A DNA stretch of 64,000 bases from Angustibacter luteus (GCF_039541115.1 NZ_BAABFP010000002.1:186001-250000), one strand, 5' to 3'; shown: positions 44,604 to 55,452, counted from the first letter of the stretch. The notes: generated from the letters alone by a model not told the origin. Numbers and translations: made by a program.

Positions 44604-44649
44604 GATCGTGGCAACCTCGCACCGCCGGCGATGCGCCGTTGCCACGATC
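44604..44649. repeat. 46-bp palindromic element, family B copy 3
   Basis: GATCGTGGCAACCTCGCA...ATGCGCCGTTGCCACGATC. Confidence 0.85.
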
Positions 44650-44668
44650 GGCGCAGGCGGGGCTGCCG

Positions 44669-45367
44669 TCAGGCGCCGGCAGCCCGGTGCTTGCGCGCCA
44701 TGTCCGCGAGCGCCTCCCGCTTGTCCCGCCCCGCGTCGTACGCCGCCTGACGGTCGCGCACGACGCGCCCCGGGATCCCCGCCACGACCGACCCCGCCGG
44801 GTACTCCCCGCGAGCGACGGCGTGCGCGGCGACGACGCAGCCGGCGCCGAGCGTCGTCCCGCGCAGCACGCTGGCCTTGACGCCGATCCACGCACCCGGG
44901 CCGATCCGGACCGGCGACTTCACGATGCCCTGGTCCTTGATCGGCACGTTGACGTCCTCGGTGACGTGGTCGAAGTCGCACACGTAGACCCAGTCGGCCA
45001 CCAGCGTCGCGGCGCCGAGCTCGACGTCCAGGTAGCAGTTGATCGTGTTGTCCCGCCCCAGCACGCACTTGTCACCGATGCTCAGGGTGCCTTCGTGGGC
45101 GCGCAGGACGTTCCCGTCCCCCAGGTGCACCCACTCGCCGAGGACCAGCCGGCCGTAGCCGGGCCGGGCGTGCAGCTCGACGCGCCGGCCGAGGAACACC
45201 ATCCCTCGGGTCACCACGTGCGGCTGGCGCACGCGCAGCAGGAGCAGCCGCCAGTAGCGCACCAGGTACCAGGGGGTGAAAGCCTTGTGCCGCATCACCC
45301 ATCGCACGGTGTCACTCGTCAGGTACCGGGCCTGCCGGGGGTCGCGACCGTCTCGCAACCGCACCAT
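44669..45367 (-). CDS. Hexapeptide-repeat acyltransferase (Rv3034c-like); start uncertain
   Basis: RDPRQARYLT, TPWYLVRYWRL, YVCDFDH, IKDQGIVKSPVRIG. Confidence 0.85.
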   Translation of the reverse strand: MVRLRDGRDPRQARYLTSDTVRWVMRHKAFTPWYLVRYWRLLLLRVRQPHVVTRGMVFLGRRVELHARPGYGRLVLGEWVHLGDGNVLRAHEGTLSIGDKCVLGRDNTINCYLDVELGAATLVADWVYVCDFDHVTEDVNVPIKDQGIVKSPVRIGPGAWIGVKASVLRGTTLGAGCVVAAHAVARGEYPAGSVVAGIPGRVVRDRQAAYDAGRDKREALADMARKHRAAGA

Positions 45368-45420
45368 CCACGCCCCGAGAACGCCGCCCGGCACCGGCCA
45401 GCTGGTCCGCACGACGGTGC

Positions 45421-46380
45421 TCAGCCCGGCTTCGTGCCCGTGACGGCCACGTTGTAGAAGAACCGGTCGGGCACGACCCGGCTCAACGCGCGGTCGACCG
45501 CCCCGAGCCGCTGCCAGGACCCGAAGGCGAAGCGGGCCCACCCCCAACCCAGCCGCTCCGGGTTCACGGCAGCCTCGAAGGTGCGGATCGGCCAGCCCAC
45601 GACGGCAGCAGTGAGCTCCTCGGTGACCGTGCGGACGTCGACCGCGCCGGCTCGCAGCACGGTGCGGGCGAGCTCGTCCGGGTCGAAGGTGTGCAGGTCG
45701 ACCACCCACTCGAGGGCGGCGGCACGGGACGACTCGTCCAGCTCCTCCTTCGACCGGGACCACTTGTCCTGCAACGGCTTCAGGTGGGTGATCCGGGTCG
45801 TCGCCTCCCAGGTGAGACGGCCGAGGTGGCGGGCGTACCAGTTGCCGATCCGGGTGGGCTCGCCGGCGATCACGAACCGGCCGCCCGGCCGCAGCACGCG
45901 CAGCATCTCGCGGAAGGCGAGCTCGACGTCCGGGATGTGGTGGATCACGGCGTGACCGACGACGACGTCGAACGTGTCGTCGTCGTAGGGCAGCCGCTCG
46001 GCGTCCGCGACCCGCCCCTCGACCGTGAAACCCAGCCGCTCGGCGTTGCGCTGCGCGGCCGCCACCATCCCCGGTGACAGATCGGTGACGTGCACCTCGT
46101 CGAGCACGCCGGCCTGCTTCAGGTTGAGCGAGAAGAATCCGGTGCCGGCGCCCACCTCGAGCGCCTTGGCGTACGGCCAGCCGGTGGCCCCTGCGACCGC
46201 CACGAACCGGTCTCGCGCGTAGTCGATGCAGCGCTCGTCGAACGAGATGGACCACTTCTCGTCGTACGAGCCCGCCTCCCAGTCGTGGTAGAGCACCTGG
46301 GCGAGCTTGGTGTCCGTCCAGGCCTGCTCGACCTCGGCCGCGCTGGCGTGCGGGTTGGCCGTCGGGCCCGGCTCGTTCAT
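45421..46380 (-). CDS. SAM-dependent methyltransferase (Rv3038c-like)
   Basis: KLAQVLYHDWEA..YDEKWSIS, LEVGAGTG, GHAVIHHIPD. Confidence 0.88.
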   Translation of the reverse strand: MNEPGPTANPHASAAEVEQAWTDTKLAQVLYHDWEAGSYDEKWSISFDERCIDYARDRFVAVAGATGWPYAKALEVGAGTGFFSLNLKQAGVLDEVHVTDLSPGMVAAAQRNAERLGFTVEGRVADAERLPYDDDTFDVVVGHAVIHHIPDVELAFREMLRVLRPGGRFVIAGEPTRIGNWYARHLGRLTWEATTRITHLKPLQDKWSRSKEELDESSRAAALEWVVDLHTFDPDELARTVLRAGAVDVRTVTEELTAAVVGWPIRTFEAAVNPERLGWGWARFAFGSWQRLGAVDRALSRVVPDRFFYNVAVTGTKPG

Positions 46381-47168
46381 CACTTGCCCTCGAACGTCGC
46401 CTTGCCCGGGCCGTCCTCGACGAACGAGCGCATGCCCTCGGCCCGGTCCTGCGTCGCGAACAGTGCCGCGAACTGCAGCCGCTCGATCTCCAGCCCGGTG
46501 TCGAGGTCGGACTCCAGACCGCGGTCGATGGCCTCCTTCGCCGCGCGCAGCGCGTACGCCGGGCCGCCCACGTACCGGCCCACCATCGTGCGCGCCGCCG
46601 AGTACACGTCGTCCGGCGCGACGACCTGGTCGACGAGGCCGATCGCGAGCGCCTCGGCGGCGTCGACGAACCGCCCGCTGAAGATCAGGTCCTTCGCCTT
46701 GGCCGGCCCGACCAGGCGCGGAAGTCGTTGCGTCCCACCGGCTCCGGGGATGATGCCGAGCAGGATCTCGGGCTGGCCGACCTTGGCGTTGTCGCCGCAG
46801 ACCCGGAAGTCGCAGCACAGCGCGAGCTCGAGGCCGCCACCCAGTGCGTAGCCGGTGATGGCCGCGACGGTGGGCTTGGGGATCCGCGCCACCGCGCTCA
46901 GCGACGACTGCAACGCGCCCGAGCGGTCGACCATGTCGGTGTACGTCATCTGCTGCATCTGCTTGATGTCGGCGCCGGCCGCGAAGACCTTCTCGCCTCC
47001 GTAGACGATGACCGCCGAGACGTCGCGCCGCTCGCCGGCCTCCACCGCGGCAGCACGGATCTCCTCCTGCACCTGGGCGTTGAGCGCGTTCATCGGGGGT
47101 CGCTCGAGCCTGATCGTGCCGATACCGCCGTCGACCTCGAGCCGGACGAACTCCGCCACGGGTGCCAC
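46380..47168 (-). CDS. Enoyl-CoA hydratase (EchA17-like)
   Basis: FAAGADI, ALGGGLE, QPEILLGIIPGAGGTQRL. Confidence 0.93.
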   Translation of the reverse strand: MAPVAEFVRLEVDGGIGTIRLERPPMNALNAQVQEEIRAAAVEAGERRDVSAVIVYGGEKVFAAGADIKQMQQMTYTDMVDRSGALQSSLSAVARIPKPTVAAITGYALGGGLELALCCDFRVCGDNAKVGQPEILLGIIPGAGGTQRLPRLVGPAKAKDLIFSGRFVDAAEALAIGLVDQVVAPDDVYSAARTMVGRYVGGPAYALRAAKEAIDRGLESDLDTGLEIERLQFAALFATQDRAEGMRSFVEDGPGKATFEGK

Positions 47169-47220
47169 CTCCTGGAATCTCGTACGTCGTGCCGCTGGTC
47201 GCAGGGAGCCTAGCCCGGCG

Positions 47221-47661
47221 CTACCCCTCGGTGATCTCGCGCAGGCTCTCGTGCCAGAGGTTCACCGCGGTCAGGACCAGCTCGAGGGAGGACGTCACGA
47301 CCATCTGCAGCGGCGTCGCGGTGGTCACCAGGTGGTCGGCCGAGACCACCAGGATCCCGTCCCCCAGGGTCGTCTTGGCGACCGAGAGCCGGGACGAGAC
47401 CGAGTTGCAGGCGCGCAGCCGGGCCAGCTCGTCACCGACGACGTCGTCCAGCCGCCACTGGCCGAAGACCCTCAGCACCGTGAAGTCACCCTCGGTGCAG
47501 CGCAGGTAGAGCTGCTGCCCCTGGACCTTGACCGCGACGTCACCGTCGTCGTCGATGTCCGGCCGGTAGCCCTCGTCCAGCAGGACGTCGAGCACCCGGC
47601 CGCGCAGCGGGCGCTCGTTCGGGGACGGCGGGAAGTCGGGCAACGAGGTCGGGTCGGTCAT
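47221..47661 (-). CDS. YbjN-like (T3SS-chaperone fold) protein
   Basis: EGYRPDIDDDGDVAVK...ACN motif; 146 aa. Confidence 0.7.
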   Translation of the reverse strand: MTDPTSLPDFPPSPNERPLRGRVLDVLLDEGYRPDIDDDGDVAVKVQGQQLYLRCTEGDFTVLRVFGQWRLDDVVGDELARLRACNSVSSRLSVAKTTLGDGILVVSADHLVTTATPLQMVVTSSLELVLTAVNLWHESLREITEG

Positions 47662-47718
47662 GGGCTCCACGGTAGTCGCGAACGGAATGCCCCGACGGGT
47701 CGGCTGGTTGGCGCCGAC

Positions 47719-48684
47719 ATGAGCCCAGCCAGCCGAGCCACCCGCGCCGTCGTCGCCACCGCCTACGGAGCGCCGGAGGTGCTCGAGCTGGTCGAGGTCG
47801 ACGTCCCGGAGCCCGGGCCCGGGCACGTCGCCGTCGACGTTCGCGCGGCCGGCACCAACCCGGCGGACGTCAAGGCGTACAACGGCACCTGGGGCAGGGA
47901 CCCGGCGAAGCTGCCGATGCGGCTCGGCTTCGAGGCGTCCGGGGTGGTCACGGCCGTCGGTCCCGACGCGACCGGCCCGGTCGGGCCGGTCGCGGTGGGT
48001 GACGAGGTGGTGGTGTTCCGGACGTCGGGCGCCTACGCCGAGCGGATCGTCGTCCCGGCGTCGGCGGTGCTGCCCAAGCCCGCGTCGCTGACCTGGGCGC
48101 AGGCCGCAGGCCTCCTGCTGACGGGCGGCACGGCCACCCACACGGTCGTCGCCACCGCGGTGCGCGACGGCGACACGGTGCTGGTGCACGGTGCCACCGG
48201 CGGGGTCGGGCTGATGGCCGTGCAGCTCGCGGTCGACGCCGGGGCTCGGGTGATCGGCACCGCTGGCGAGAGCGGCCACGACCTGCTGCGCGAGCTCGGG
48301 GCCGAGCCGGTCACGTACGGCGCCGGCCTGGCCGACCGGGTGCGCGCGCTGGCGCCGTCCGGGGTGGACGCCGCGATCGACACCGTCGGCACCGACGAGG
48401 CGGTCGACGTCTCGCTCGAGCTCGTCGCGGACCGCCAGCGGATCGCCACCATCGCCGCGTTCGGCCGAGGGGCCGAGCTGGGGATCACCCTGCTGGGCGG
48501 CGGACCCGGGGCGGACCCCGGCGAGCAGATCCGGATGCCAGCCCGAGCCACCCTGCTCGAGCAGGCCGGTCAGGGCCGGCTCCGGGTGCTCGTGGCGGCG
48601 GAGTTCGCACTCGCGGACGTCGCGGCGGCGCACCGTACGCTCATGGGTCACCACGCACCGGGGAAGATCGTCCTCGTCACCTGA
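47719..48684 (+). CDS. NADPH:quinone oxidoreductase (MDR family)
   Basis: YGAPEVL, NPAD, GFEASG, HGATGGVG, GKIVL. Confidence 0.92.
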   Translation: MSPASRATRAVVATAYGAPEVLELVEVDVPEPGPGHVAVDVRAAGTNPADVKAYNGTWGRDPAKLPMRLGFEASGVVTAVGPDATGPVGPVAVGDEVVVFRTSGAYAERIVVPASAVLPKPASLTWAQAAGLLLTGGTATHTVVATAVRDGDTVLVHGATGGVGLMAVQLAVDAGARVIGTAGESGHDLLRELGAEPVTYGAGLADRVRALAPSGVDAAIDTVGTDEAVDVSLELVADRQRIATIAAFGRGAELGITLLGGGPGADPGEQIRMPARATLLEQAGQGRLRVLVAAEFALADVAAAHRTLMGHHAPGKIVLVT

Positions 48685-48751
48685 ATGACGCATCAAGGCA
48701 CCGCTCCGGGACGTCGAACTGCTCCTGACGTCCTGAAAGGGAGCATTGCCC

Positions 48752-49990
48752 ATGACCTGTCCCGCGTGCCGGTCCGACCTCGCCGCGAGCGCCCGCTCCT
48801 GCCCGACCTGCGGCTCCTTGATCGCCTTCGCCCCCGACCAGCCGCAAGCCCGGCTGGGCGCCCCGCTCCCCCCGTGGGAGCAGGCGGCGATGGAGGCGCG
48901 CCGCCCGTCCCTGACTCACCAGCAGCAGACCGCGCGGCCGGTCGCTCCACGACGAGCACCGTCTCCCGCCCTGGCCGGGCCCCCGGCCCCGGCAGGTCGC
49001 GCGACCCGCGGCGTCCGGCCGCCCAGGGCCGCCCTTCCTGAGGTCTCGCTGTCCGCGCTGACCCCGCTGCGGCTGCTGTGGAGCCACCTGCTCACGGTCC
49101 GTGGGCTGTCGGCCTGGTTCCTGGTCTTCGCCACCGCCCCGTTCGTGCTGCTGCAGGTGACCGCGGACGACCCGGACTTCTCGCACGCCGCATGGGGCTT
49201 CGCGATCTACTTCGCGATGATGTGGGGGCTGGCGATCCACCTGCTGGTGCGGCCCGAACCGGTCAGCCGCTGGCTCGTCGTCAAGGTCGTCGGCACCGTC
49301 GCGGTGCTGGGCACCGCACTGGCCGTCGCCCTCGAGCGCGCACTGTCCCCCGACCTGGACCACGTGCTCTGGGCGATCTTCGGCGTCGGCGTGCCCGAGG
49401 AGGTCGCGAAGGCGTTGCCCGTCGTGCTCTTCATGCTGCTCGCCAAGCCGTCGTGGACGACGCGGATGTACCTGTTCATGGGCGCCGTGTCTGGTCTGAC
49501 GTTCGGCGTCATCGAGGCCGTCGGGTACTCGTCGTTGTACCAGCTGGTCGGCGGAGGATCCGGCACCGCGACCACCCTGATCATCTGGCGGCTCCTGGCC
49601 GACGGGCTCTTCCACGGCTGCTGCGCCGCGGTGTCGGCCTACTTCATCGGGCTCGCCTGGTGGCGGCCGGACCAGCGCTGGCAGCTGGTGGGGGTCGGGG
49701 TCGCCATCGCCGCGGTGCTGCACGGCGTCTACGACCGCTGGTCCGGCGGATGGGTGGGCACGGCCACCGCCGTGCTGATCGTGCTGCTGTTCGTCGGGTA
49801 CGTCCGGGCCGGCGACGCGATCGTGCAGGACCTGGCCGTCGGCCCGGTAGCGGAGCTCCCGCACGGAGAACTGCCGCCCGCTGAGCTGCCGCCCGCTGAG
49901 CTGCCGCTCGCTGAGCTGCCGCTCGCTGACCTGCCGGCCGCTGAGCTGCCGGCCAGGGAGGGCTCCCCCGGAGCCCACCGCTCGTTCTAG
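48752..49990 (+). CDS. PrsW-family intramembrane metalloprotease with an N-terminal zinc ribbon
   Basis: CPAC..CPTC; PEEVAK; FGVIE; FH; LHGVYD. Confidence 0.85.
   Translation: MTCPACRSDLAASARSCPTCGSLIAFAPDQPQARLGAPLPPWEQAAMEARRPSLTHQQQTARPVAPRRAPSPALAGPPAPAGRATRGVRPPRAALPEVSLSALTPLRLLWSHLLTVRGLSAWFLVFATAPFVLLQVTADDPDFSHAAWGFAIYFAMMWGLAIHLLVRPEPVSRWLVVKVVGTVAVLGTALAVALERALSPDLDHVLWAIFGVGVPEEVAKALPVVLFMLLAKPSWTTRMYLFMGAVSGLTFGVIEAVGYSSLYQLVGGGSGTATTLIIWRLLADGLFHGCCAAVSAYFIGLAWWRPDQRWQLVGVGVAIAAVLHGVYDRWSGGWVGTATAVLIVLLFVGYVRAGDAIVQDLAVGPVAELPHGELPPAELPPAELPLAELPLADLPAAELPAREGSPGAHRSF
49850..49954 (+). repeat. 15-bp tandem repeat (about 7 copies) encoding AELPx
   Basis: GCTGAGCTGCCGCCC / GCTGAGCTGCCGCTC units. 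Confidence 0.85.
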
Positions 49991-50430
49991 CCGGCGGCCA
50001 CCGGCTCCAGCAGGAACACCGGGATCAGCCGGTCCGTCTTGGTCTGGTAGCTCGCGTAGTCCGGCCACACCGCGACCGAGCGCTCCCACCAGGTCGCCCG
50101 CTCCGCGCCGTCCAGCTCGCGGGCGACGTACTCCTGACGGTCTGCGCCGTCCTGCAGCTCGACGCGGCCATCGGCGGCGAGGTTGTAGTACCAGACGGGG
50201 TGCTCGGGCGCGCCGCCCTTGGACGCGACGACGGCGTAGCGGCCCTCGTGCTCGACGCGCATCAGTGGTGTCTTGCGCAGGTTCCCGGTCTTGGCGCCGC
50301 GACTGGTCAGCACGATGATCGGCACCCCGCGCATGGTGTTGGCCTCGGCGCCGTCGGTGCGCTCGAACTCCTCCACCTGGTCACGGGCGTGCTTGCTCGG
50401 GCTCGGTACGTACGTTCCCTGGAGTGCCAT
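49987..50430 (-). CDS. F420-dependent nitroreductase (Ddn-like)
   Basis: GAKTG.LRKTPL, VASKGG...P.WYYNL, YQTKTDR.IPVF. Confidence 0.9.
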   Translation of the reverse strand: MALQGTYVPSPSKHARDQVEEFERTDGAEANTMRGVPIIVLTSRGAKTGNLRKTPLMRVEHEGRYAVVASKGGAPEHPVWYYNLAADGRVELQDGADRQEYVARELDGAERATWWERSVAVWPDYASYQTKTDRLIPVFLLEPVAAG

Positions 50431-50489
50431 GTCCGAGCCAACACCGCCGCGCCGACGACGATTCCGCGCGGGTGCGACAGACTGCCCGG

Positions 50490-52631
50490 ATGAGTGAGCC
50501 ACCTCGGCAGTCCGAGACGCCCCCACCGCTCGGCGTCCGGCTGCGGCCCGATCACGCGGGCGGCGGCGCGGACGTCGCGGTGTACGCCGGCCGCGCGGAC
50601 GCCGTGGAGCTCTGCCTGTTCGACGGGTCCGGCCCGGGCGCGGCCGAGCGGCGCGTCGAGCTCACCGCGCGGGCGCACGGCGTGCACTTCGGCCACGTGC
50701 CCGACCTGACCGCGGGGACGGCGTACGGGCTGCGCGCGCACGGCCCCTGGGATCCCGCGCGTGGCCTGCGCTACAACGCGGACAAGCTGCTGCTCGACCC
50801 GTACGTGCGTGGCATCACCGGCGACGTCACCTGGCGTCCGGAGGTGTTCGGCCACGTGGTCGGTGACGACCTGGCCGGGGACCACGAGGTCCGCGACGCG
50901 CACGACTCGGCGGCGTTCGTACCGCGGGGGGTCGTGCTGTCCGACGGGTTCGACTGGGGTGACGACCGCCCGCCGGCCGTGCCGTGGTCGCAGACCGTGC
51001 TGTACGAGGCCCACGTGCGCGGCCTCACCCGGCTGCAGCCCGGCGTCCCGTACCACCTGCGCGGGACGTACGCCGGGCTCGCGCACCCGGCCACCATCGA
51101 GCACCTGACCCGCCTCGGCGTGACCACGGTCGAGCTGCTGCCGGTGCACGCCTTCACCCACGAACCCGCTCTCGCGCAACGACATGCGACGAACTACTGG
51201 GGCTACAACACCTTGGGCTTCTTCGCCCCGCACGCCGCGTACTCCAGCGCGAGCGACCCGGCCGGGGTGCTCGCCGAGTTCAAGGGCATGGTGCGGCTGC
51301 TGCACCAGGCCGGCCTCGAGGTCGTCCTCGACGTGGTCTACAACCACACCTGCGAGCAGGGGCGGGACGGCGCGACGCTGTCTCTGCGCGGCCTGGACAA
51401 CAGCGCGTACTACCGGCTCGACGACAACGGCCGCGACGTCGACGTCACCGGCTGCGGCAACTCGCTCGACTTCCGGCACCAGCGCGTCGTGCAGCTCACC
51501 TTGGACTCGTTGCGCTACTGGGTGCAGGAGTGCCACGTCGACGGGTTCCGCTTCGACCTGGCGACGACGCTGGCCCGGGGTAGGGACGACGGCTACGACC
51601 CCGACCACCCGTTCCTGGTCGCCATGCGCTCCGATCCCGTTCTGTCCCAGGTGAAGCTGATCGCCGAGCCTTGGGACGTCGGACCGCACGGCTGGCGGAC
51701 GGGACAGTTCCCACCGCCGATGGCGGAGTGGAACGACCGGTACCGGGACACCGTGCGCAGCTTCTGGCTGGCCGATGCGGCGCGCGCCGGACGCGGTGAG
51801 GCCGGGCACGGCGTCCGCGAGCTGGCGACCCGGCTGAGTGGATCGCAGGACCTGTTCGGGGTCGGCGACCGCGGGCCGCTGGCGTCGGTGAACTACGTGG
51901 CCGCGCACGACGGCTTCACCTTGGCCGACACCACCGCCTACGAGCACAAGCACAACCAGGACAACGGCGAGGGGAACCGGGACGGCCACGACGACAACCG
52001 GTCCTGGAACCACGGGGTCGAGGGGACGACCGCCGACGCCGACCTGCTGGCGCGCCGGCGGCGCTCGGTGCGGAACCTGCTCGGCACCCTGCTGCTGTCG
52101 ACCGGCGTGCCGATGCTCGCGGCGGGCGACGAGCTGGGGCGGACGCAGCGGGGCAACAACAACGCCTACAGCCGCGACGACCTGGTGAGCTGGCTCAACT
52201 GGGACCTGGCGGACTGGCAGCAGGACCTGCTCGCCACCACCACCCACCTGCTGCGGCTGCGGCGCGAGCACCCGGCCCTGCGCCAGCGGCAGTTCTTCGG
52301 CGGACGTCCGCGCCACGAGGACGGCACCCTGGACCTCGGCTGGTTCGCTGCCGACGGCTCGGTCATGGACGACTCGCACTGGCACGACCCGAGAACCCGT
52401 GTGCTGCAGGCATTCCTGCAAGGCCGGGCCACGGGCGACCGCTCGCTCCTGCTCGTGCTGAACGGCGCCCCGGCCGACCTCGAGGTCACGCTGCCCGGGG
52501 AGCCCTGGGCGACGTCCTACGACTTGCTGTGGGACAGCACCTGGGAGCGCCCGGGCGACCCGGAACGGGGCCTGTCCGGCGTCCAGCAGGTCGGCGGGCT
52601 GTCCACCCGCCTGTACGCCGCGACCCCGTAG
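50490..52631 (+). CDS. glgX: Glycogen debranching enzyme
   Basis: [42 protein letters not shown]. Confidence 0.96.
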   Translation: MSEPPRQSETPPPLGVRLRPDHAGGGADVAVYAGRADAVELCLFDGSGPGAAERRVELTARAHGVHFGHVPDLTAGTAYGLRAHGPWDPARGLRYNADKLLLDPYVRGITGDVTWRPEVFGHVVGDDLAGDHEVRDAHDSAAFVPRGVVLSDGFDWGDDRPPAVPWSQTVLYEAHVRGLTRLQPGVPYHLRGTYAGLAHPATIEHLTRLGVTTVELLPVHAFTHEPALAQRHATNYWGYNTLGFFAPHAAYSSASDPAGVLAEFKGMVRLLHQAGLEVVLDVVYNHTCEQGRDGATLSLRGLDNSAYYRLDDNGRDVDVTGCGNSLDFRHQRVVQLTLDSLRYWVQECHVDGFRFDLATTLARGRDDGYDPDHPFLVAMRSDPVLSQVKLIAEPWDVGPHGWRTGQFPPPMAEWNDRYRDTVRSFWLADAARAGRGEAGHGVRELATRLSGSQDLFGVGDRGPLASVNYVAAHDGFTLADTTAYEHKHNQDNGEGNRDGHDDNRSWNHGVEGTTADADLLARRRRSVRNLLGTLLLSTGVPMLAAGDELGRTQRGNNNAYSRDDLVSWLNWDLADWQQDLLATTTHLLRLRREHPALRQRQFFGGRPRHEDGTLDLGWFAADGSVMDDSHWHDPRTRVLQAFLQGRATGDRSLLLVLNGAPADLEVTLPGEPWATSYDLLWDSTWERPGDPERGLSGVQQVGGLSTRLYAATP

Positions 52632-52646
52632 CCCCGGCCACCCGTA

Positions 52647-52709
52647 CGCAGATGTCGCGCTATCCGGGGTAATGAGCCACGGACGGGCCCGGATAGCGGA
52701 ACATCTGCG
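52647..52709. terminator. Inverted repeat between convergent glgX and glgP
   Basis: CGCAGATGT..CGCTATCCGGG...CCCGGATAGCG..ACATCTGCG. Confidence 0.7.
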
Positions 52710-52718
52710 GTGCCGTGG

Positions 52719-55304
52719 TCAGGCGTTGACGACCAGGCCCAGCTCGGTGGGGCTGGCCAGCCCGGCGTGCGCGGGCAGCACCCGCACGGTGTAGCCGAAC
52801 GCCCCGGTGCGGGCGAGCTTGATGTCGCCCTCGAACCGGTGCCGGCCACCTTCGTAGGACTCCGCGTGGTGCAGCGTGACGACCTGGGTGTCGGTGAGCT
52901 CGTCCTGGTACGACACGCGCCCGTGCACGACCTGCACCTGGACGTCGCTGGCGTCGAGCCCGTCGAGCGAGACGAAGCCCTGCACCGACAGCACGTCGCC
53001 GACCTGCGGCGCGTCACTCACCCCGGACGACTCCACGTGGTCCACCCGTACGCCGGACCAGGACGCCCGGACCCGCTGCTTCCAGGCGGCCAGCTCGCGG
53101 GCTCCCGGGTGGCCGTCGCCGTCCAGGGCCCACCCGGCGCGGGCAGCCGGGGTGTAGAGCTGCTCGACGTAGTCGCGCACCATCCGGGTCGCCAGCACCT
53201 TCGGGCCGAGCGAGCGCAGGGTGTGGCTGACCATCTCGAGCCAGCGACCCGGCAGGCCGCTCTCCTCGTCGCGCGCGTAGAACCGCGGCGCGACCTGTCC
53301 CTCGATGAGGTCGTAGAGCGCCGCTGCCTCGAGGTCGTCGCGGTGCTCGGGGTCCTCCACTCCGTCGGCCGTCGGGATGGCCCAGCCGTTCTCGCCGTCG
53401 AACCACTCGTCCCACCAGCCGTCCAGGATCGAGAGGTTCAGCCCGCCGTTCAGCGCGGACTTCATGCCCGACGTCCCGCAGGCCTCGAACGGCCGCAGGG
53501 GGTTGTTGAGCCAGACGTCGCAGCCCGGGTAGAGGTACTGCGCCATCGCGATGTCGTAGTTGGGCAGGAAGACGATGCGGTTGCGGACGGCGGGGTCGTC
53601 GGCGAAGCGCACGATCTCCTGGATCAGCGACTTGCCCTTGTCGTCGGCGGGGTGCGACTTGCCGGCGATGACGAGCTGGATCGGCCGCTCCGGGTGCAGC
53701 AGCAGGGCGCGCAGCCGGTCGGGGTCACGCAGCATGAGGGTGAGCCGCTTGTACGTCGGGACGCGCCGCGCGAAACCGATGGTGAGCACGTCGGGATCCA
53801 GCACGTTCTCGATCCAGCCGAGCTCGGCGCCGCTGGCCCCGCGCCGCAGCCAGGAGGAGCGCAGCCGCCGCCGCGCCTCGAGGACGAGCTGCTCGCGCAT
53901 CTCGCGCCGTGCGCCCCACACCTCGGCGGCGGGCACCCGCGGGACGTCGTCCCAGACGTTGGCGTCCGCGACCAACCGGGTGCCGAGGTGCTTCTCGGCC
54001 AGGTCGAAGACCCGGTGGTCCACCCACGTCGGGGCGTGCACGCCGTTGGTGATCGAGGTGATCGGCACCTCGCGGTCGTCGAAGCCCGGCCAGAGGCCGT
54101 CGAACATCGTGCGGCTGACCTCGCCGTGCAGCTGCGAGACGCCGTTGGCCCGGCCACCGAGACGCAGGCCCATGACGGCCATGTTGAAGACCCCGGACTC
54201 CCCACCGGGGTAGTCCTCGGCGCCGAGCGCCAGGATCCGGTCCACCGGGACGCCGGGCAGCGCGCTGTCGCCACCGAAGTAGGTCTGGATCTGGTCGGTG
54301 CCAAAGCGGTCGATGCCCGCCGGGACGGGCGTGTGCGTGGTGAACACGGTGCCGGCCCGGACCGCCTCGAGGCCCTCGTCGAACGTCAGCTGCTCGGACT
54401 GCACGAGCTCGCGGATGCGCTCGAGGCCGAGGAAGCCGGCGTGACCCTCGTTGCAGTGGTAGACGTCGGGGTTCGGCGCTCCGGTCAGCCGCGACCACAG
54501 CCGCAGCGCCCGGACGCCACCGATGCCGAGCAGCATCTCCTGCTGGAGCCGGTGCTCGCCTGACCCGCCGTAGAGCCGGTCGGTGATGCCGCGGGCCGCC
54601 TCGTCGTTGGCCTGCACGTCGGAGTCCAGCAGCAGCAGCGGGACCCGGCCGACCTGCGCCTTCCAGACGTGCGCCACGAGCTGGCGGCCACCGGGGAGCG
54701 CGACACGGACCTGGCACGGCGTGCCGTCCGCCTCGCGCAGCAGGGCGAGCGGCAGGCCGTCCGGGTCGAGCACCGGGTAGGTCTCCTGCTGCCAGCCCTC
54801 ACGGCTGAGCGACTGCTTGAAGTAGCCGGTCTTGTAGAACAGGCCCACGCCCACGATCGGCACACCGAGGTCGGACGCGGCCTTGAGGTGGTCGCCGGCC
54901 AGGATCCCGAGGCCGCCGGAGTACTGCGGGAGCACCGCGGTGATGCCGAACTCCGCCGAGAAGTAGGCGATGGCCCGCGGCGCACCGGCCTCGCCGGCCT
55001 CGGCCGCGTGGGTGGTGTACCAGCCGGGCTCGTGCAGGTAGGCGTCCAGGTCGGCGGCCGCAGCATTGACCCGCGCGACGAACTCGGGGTCGGCGGCCAG
55101 CTCGGCGAGCCGGTCCGTGCCCAGGTCGCCGAGCAGGGCGACCGGGTCGTGCCGGACGGCCTTCCAGCGCTTGGGGTCCAGCCCGGCGAACAGGTCACGG
55201 GTCGGCTCGTGCCAGGACCATCGCAGGTTGCTCGCGAGGTCGCCCAGGGGGGCGATGGCCTCGGGCAGGACGGTGCGGACACTGAATCGGCGGATAGCTC
55301 TCAC
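52719..55304 (-). CDS. glgP: Alpha-glucan phosphorylase
   Basis: YSGGLGILAGDH, NEGH, FARR..YKR, EACGTSGMK. Confidence 0.96.
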   Translation of the reverse strand: MRAIRRFSVRTVLPEAIAPLGDLASNLRWSWHEPTRDLFAGLDPKRWKAVRHDPVALLGDLGTDRLAELAADPEFVARVNAAAADLDAYLHEPGWYTTHAAEAGEAGAPRAIAYFSAEFGITAVLPQYSGGLGILAGDHLKAASDLGVPIVGVGLFYKTGYFKQSLSREGWQQETYPVLDPDGLPLALLREADGTPCQVRVALPGGRQLVAHVWKAQVGRVPLLLLDSDVQANDEAARGITDRLYGGSGEHRLQQEMLLGIGGVRALRLWSRLTGAPNPDVYHCNEGHAGFLGLERIRELVQSEQLTFDEGLEAVRAGTVFTTHTPVPAGIDRFGTDQIQTYFGGDSALPGVPVDRILALGAEDYPGGESGVFNMAVMGLRLGGRANGVSQLHGEVSRTMFDGLWPGFDDREVPITSITNGVHAPTWVDHRVFDLAEKHLGTRLVADANVWDDVPRVPAAEVWGARREMREQLVLEARRRLRSSWLRRGASGAELGWIENVLDPDVLTIGFARRVPTYKRLTLMLRDPDRLRALLLHPERPIQLVIAGKSHPADDKGKSLIQEIVRFADDPAVRNRIVFLPNYDIAMAQYLYPGCDVWLNNPLRPFEACGTSGMKSALNGGLNLSILDGWWDEWFDGENGWAIPTADGVEDPEHRDDLEAAALYDLIEGQVAPRFYARDEESGLPGRWLEMVSHTLRSLGPKVLATRMVRDYVEQLYTPAARAGWALDGDGHPGARELAAWKQRVRASWSGVRVDHVESSGVSDAPQVGDVLSVQGFVSLDGLDASDVQVQVVHGRVSYQDELTDTQVVTLHHAESYEGGRHRFEGDIKLARTGAFGYTVRVLPAHAGLASPTELGLVVNA

Positions 55305-55353
55305 AGGCCAAGCCTAGACCCCCAGGGTGCGGATTCCGACCCCTCCAGTCCAC

Positions 55354-55375
55354 TTCTTGCAATCCACTGCAAGGA
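55354..55375. promoter_or_regulatory. Palindromic operator-like site between divergent glgP and glgE
   Basis: CTTGCA-N6-TGCAAG in an AT-rich patch. Confidence 0.5.
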
Positions 55376-55452
55376 GTTTCAGATGCTGGACAGCGCGGGA
55401 TGAAGATCGCCGAGAGTCGCGGCCACCTTCGTACCTCGGTAGCGTCGGCCCG

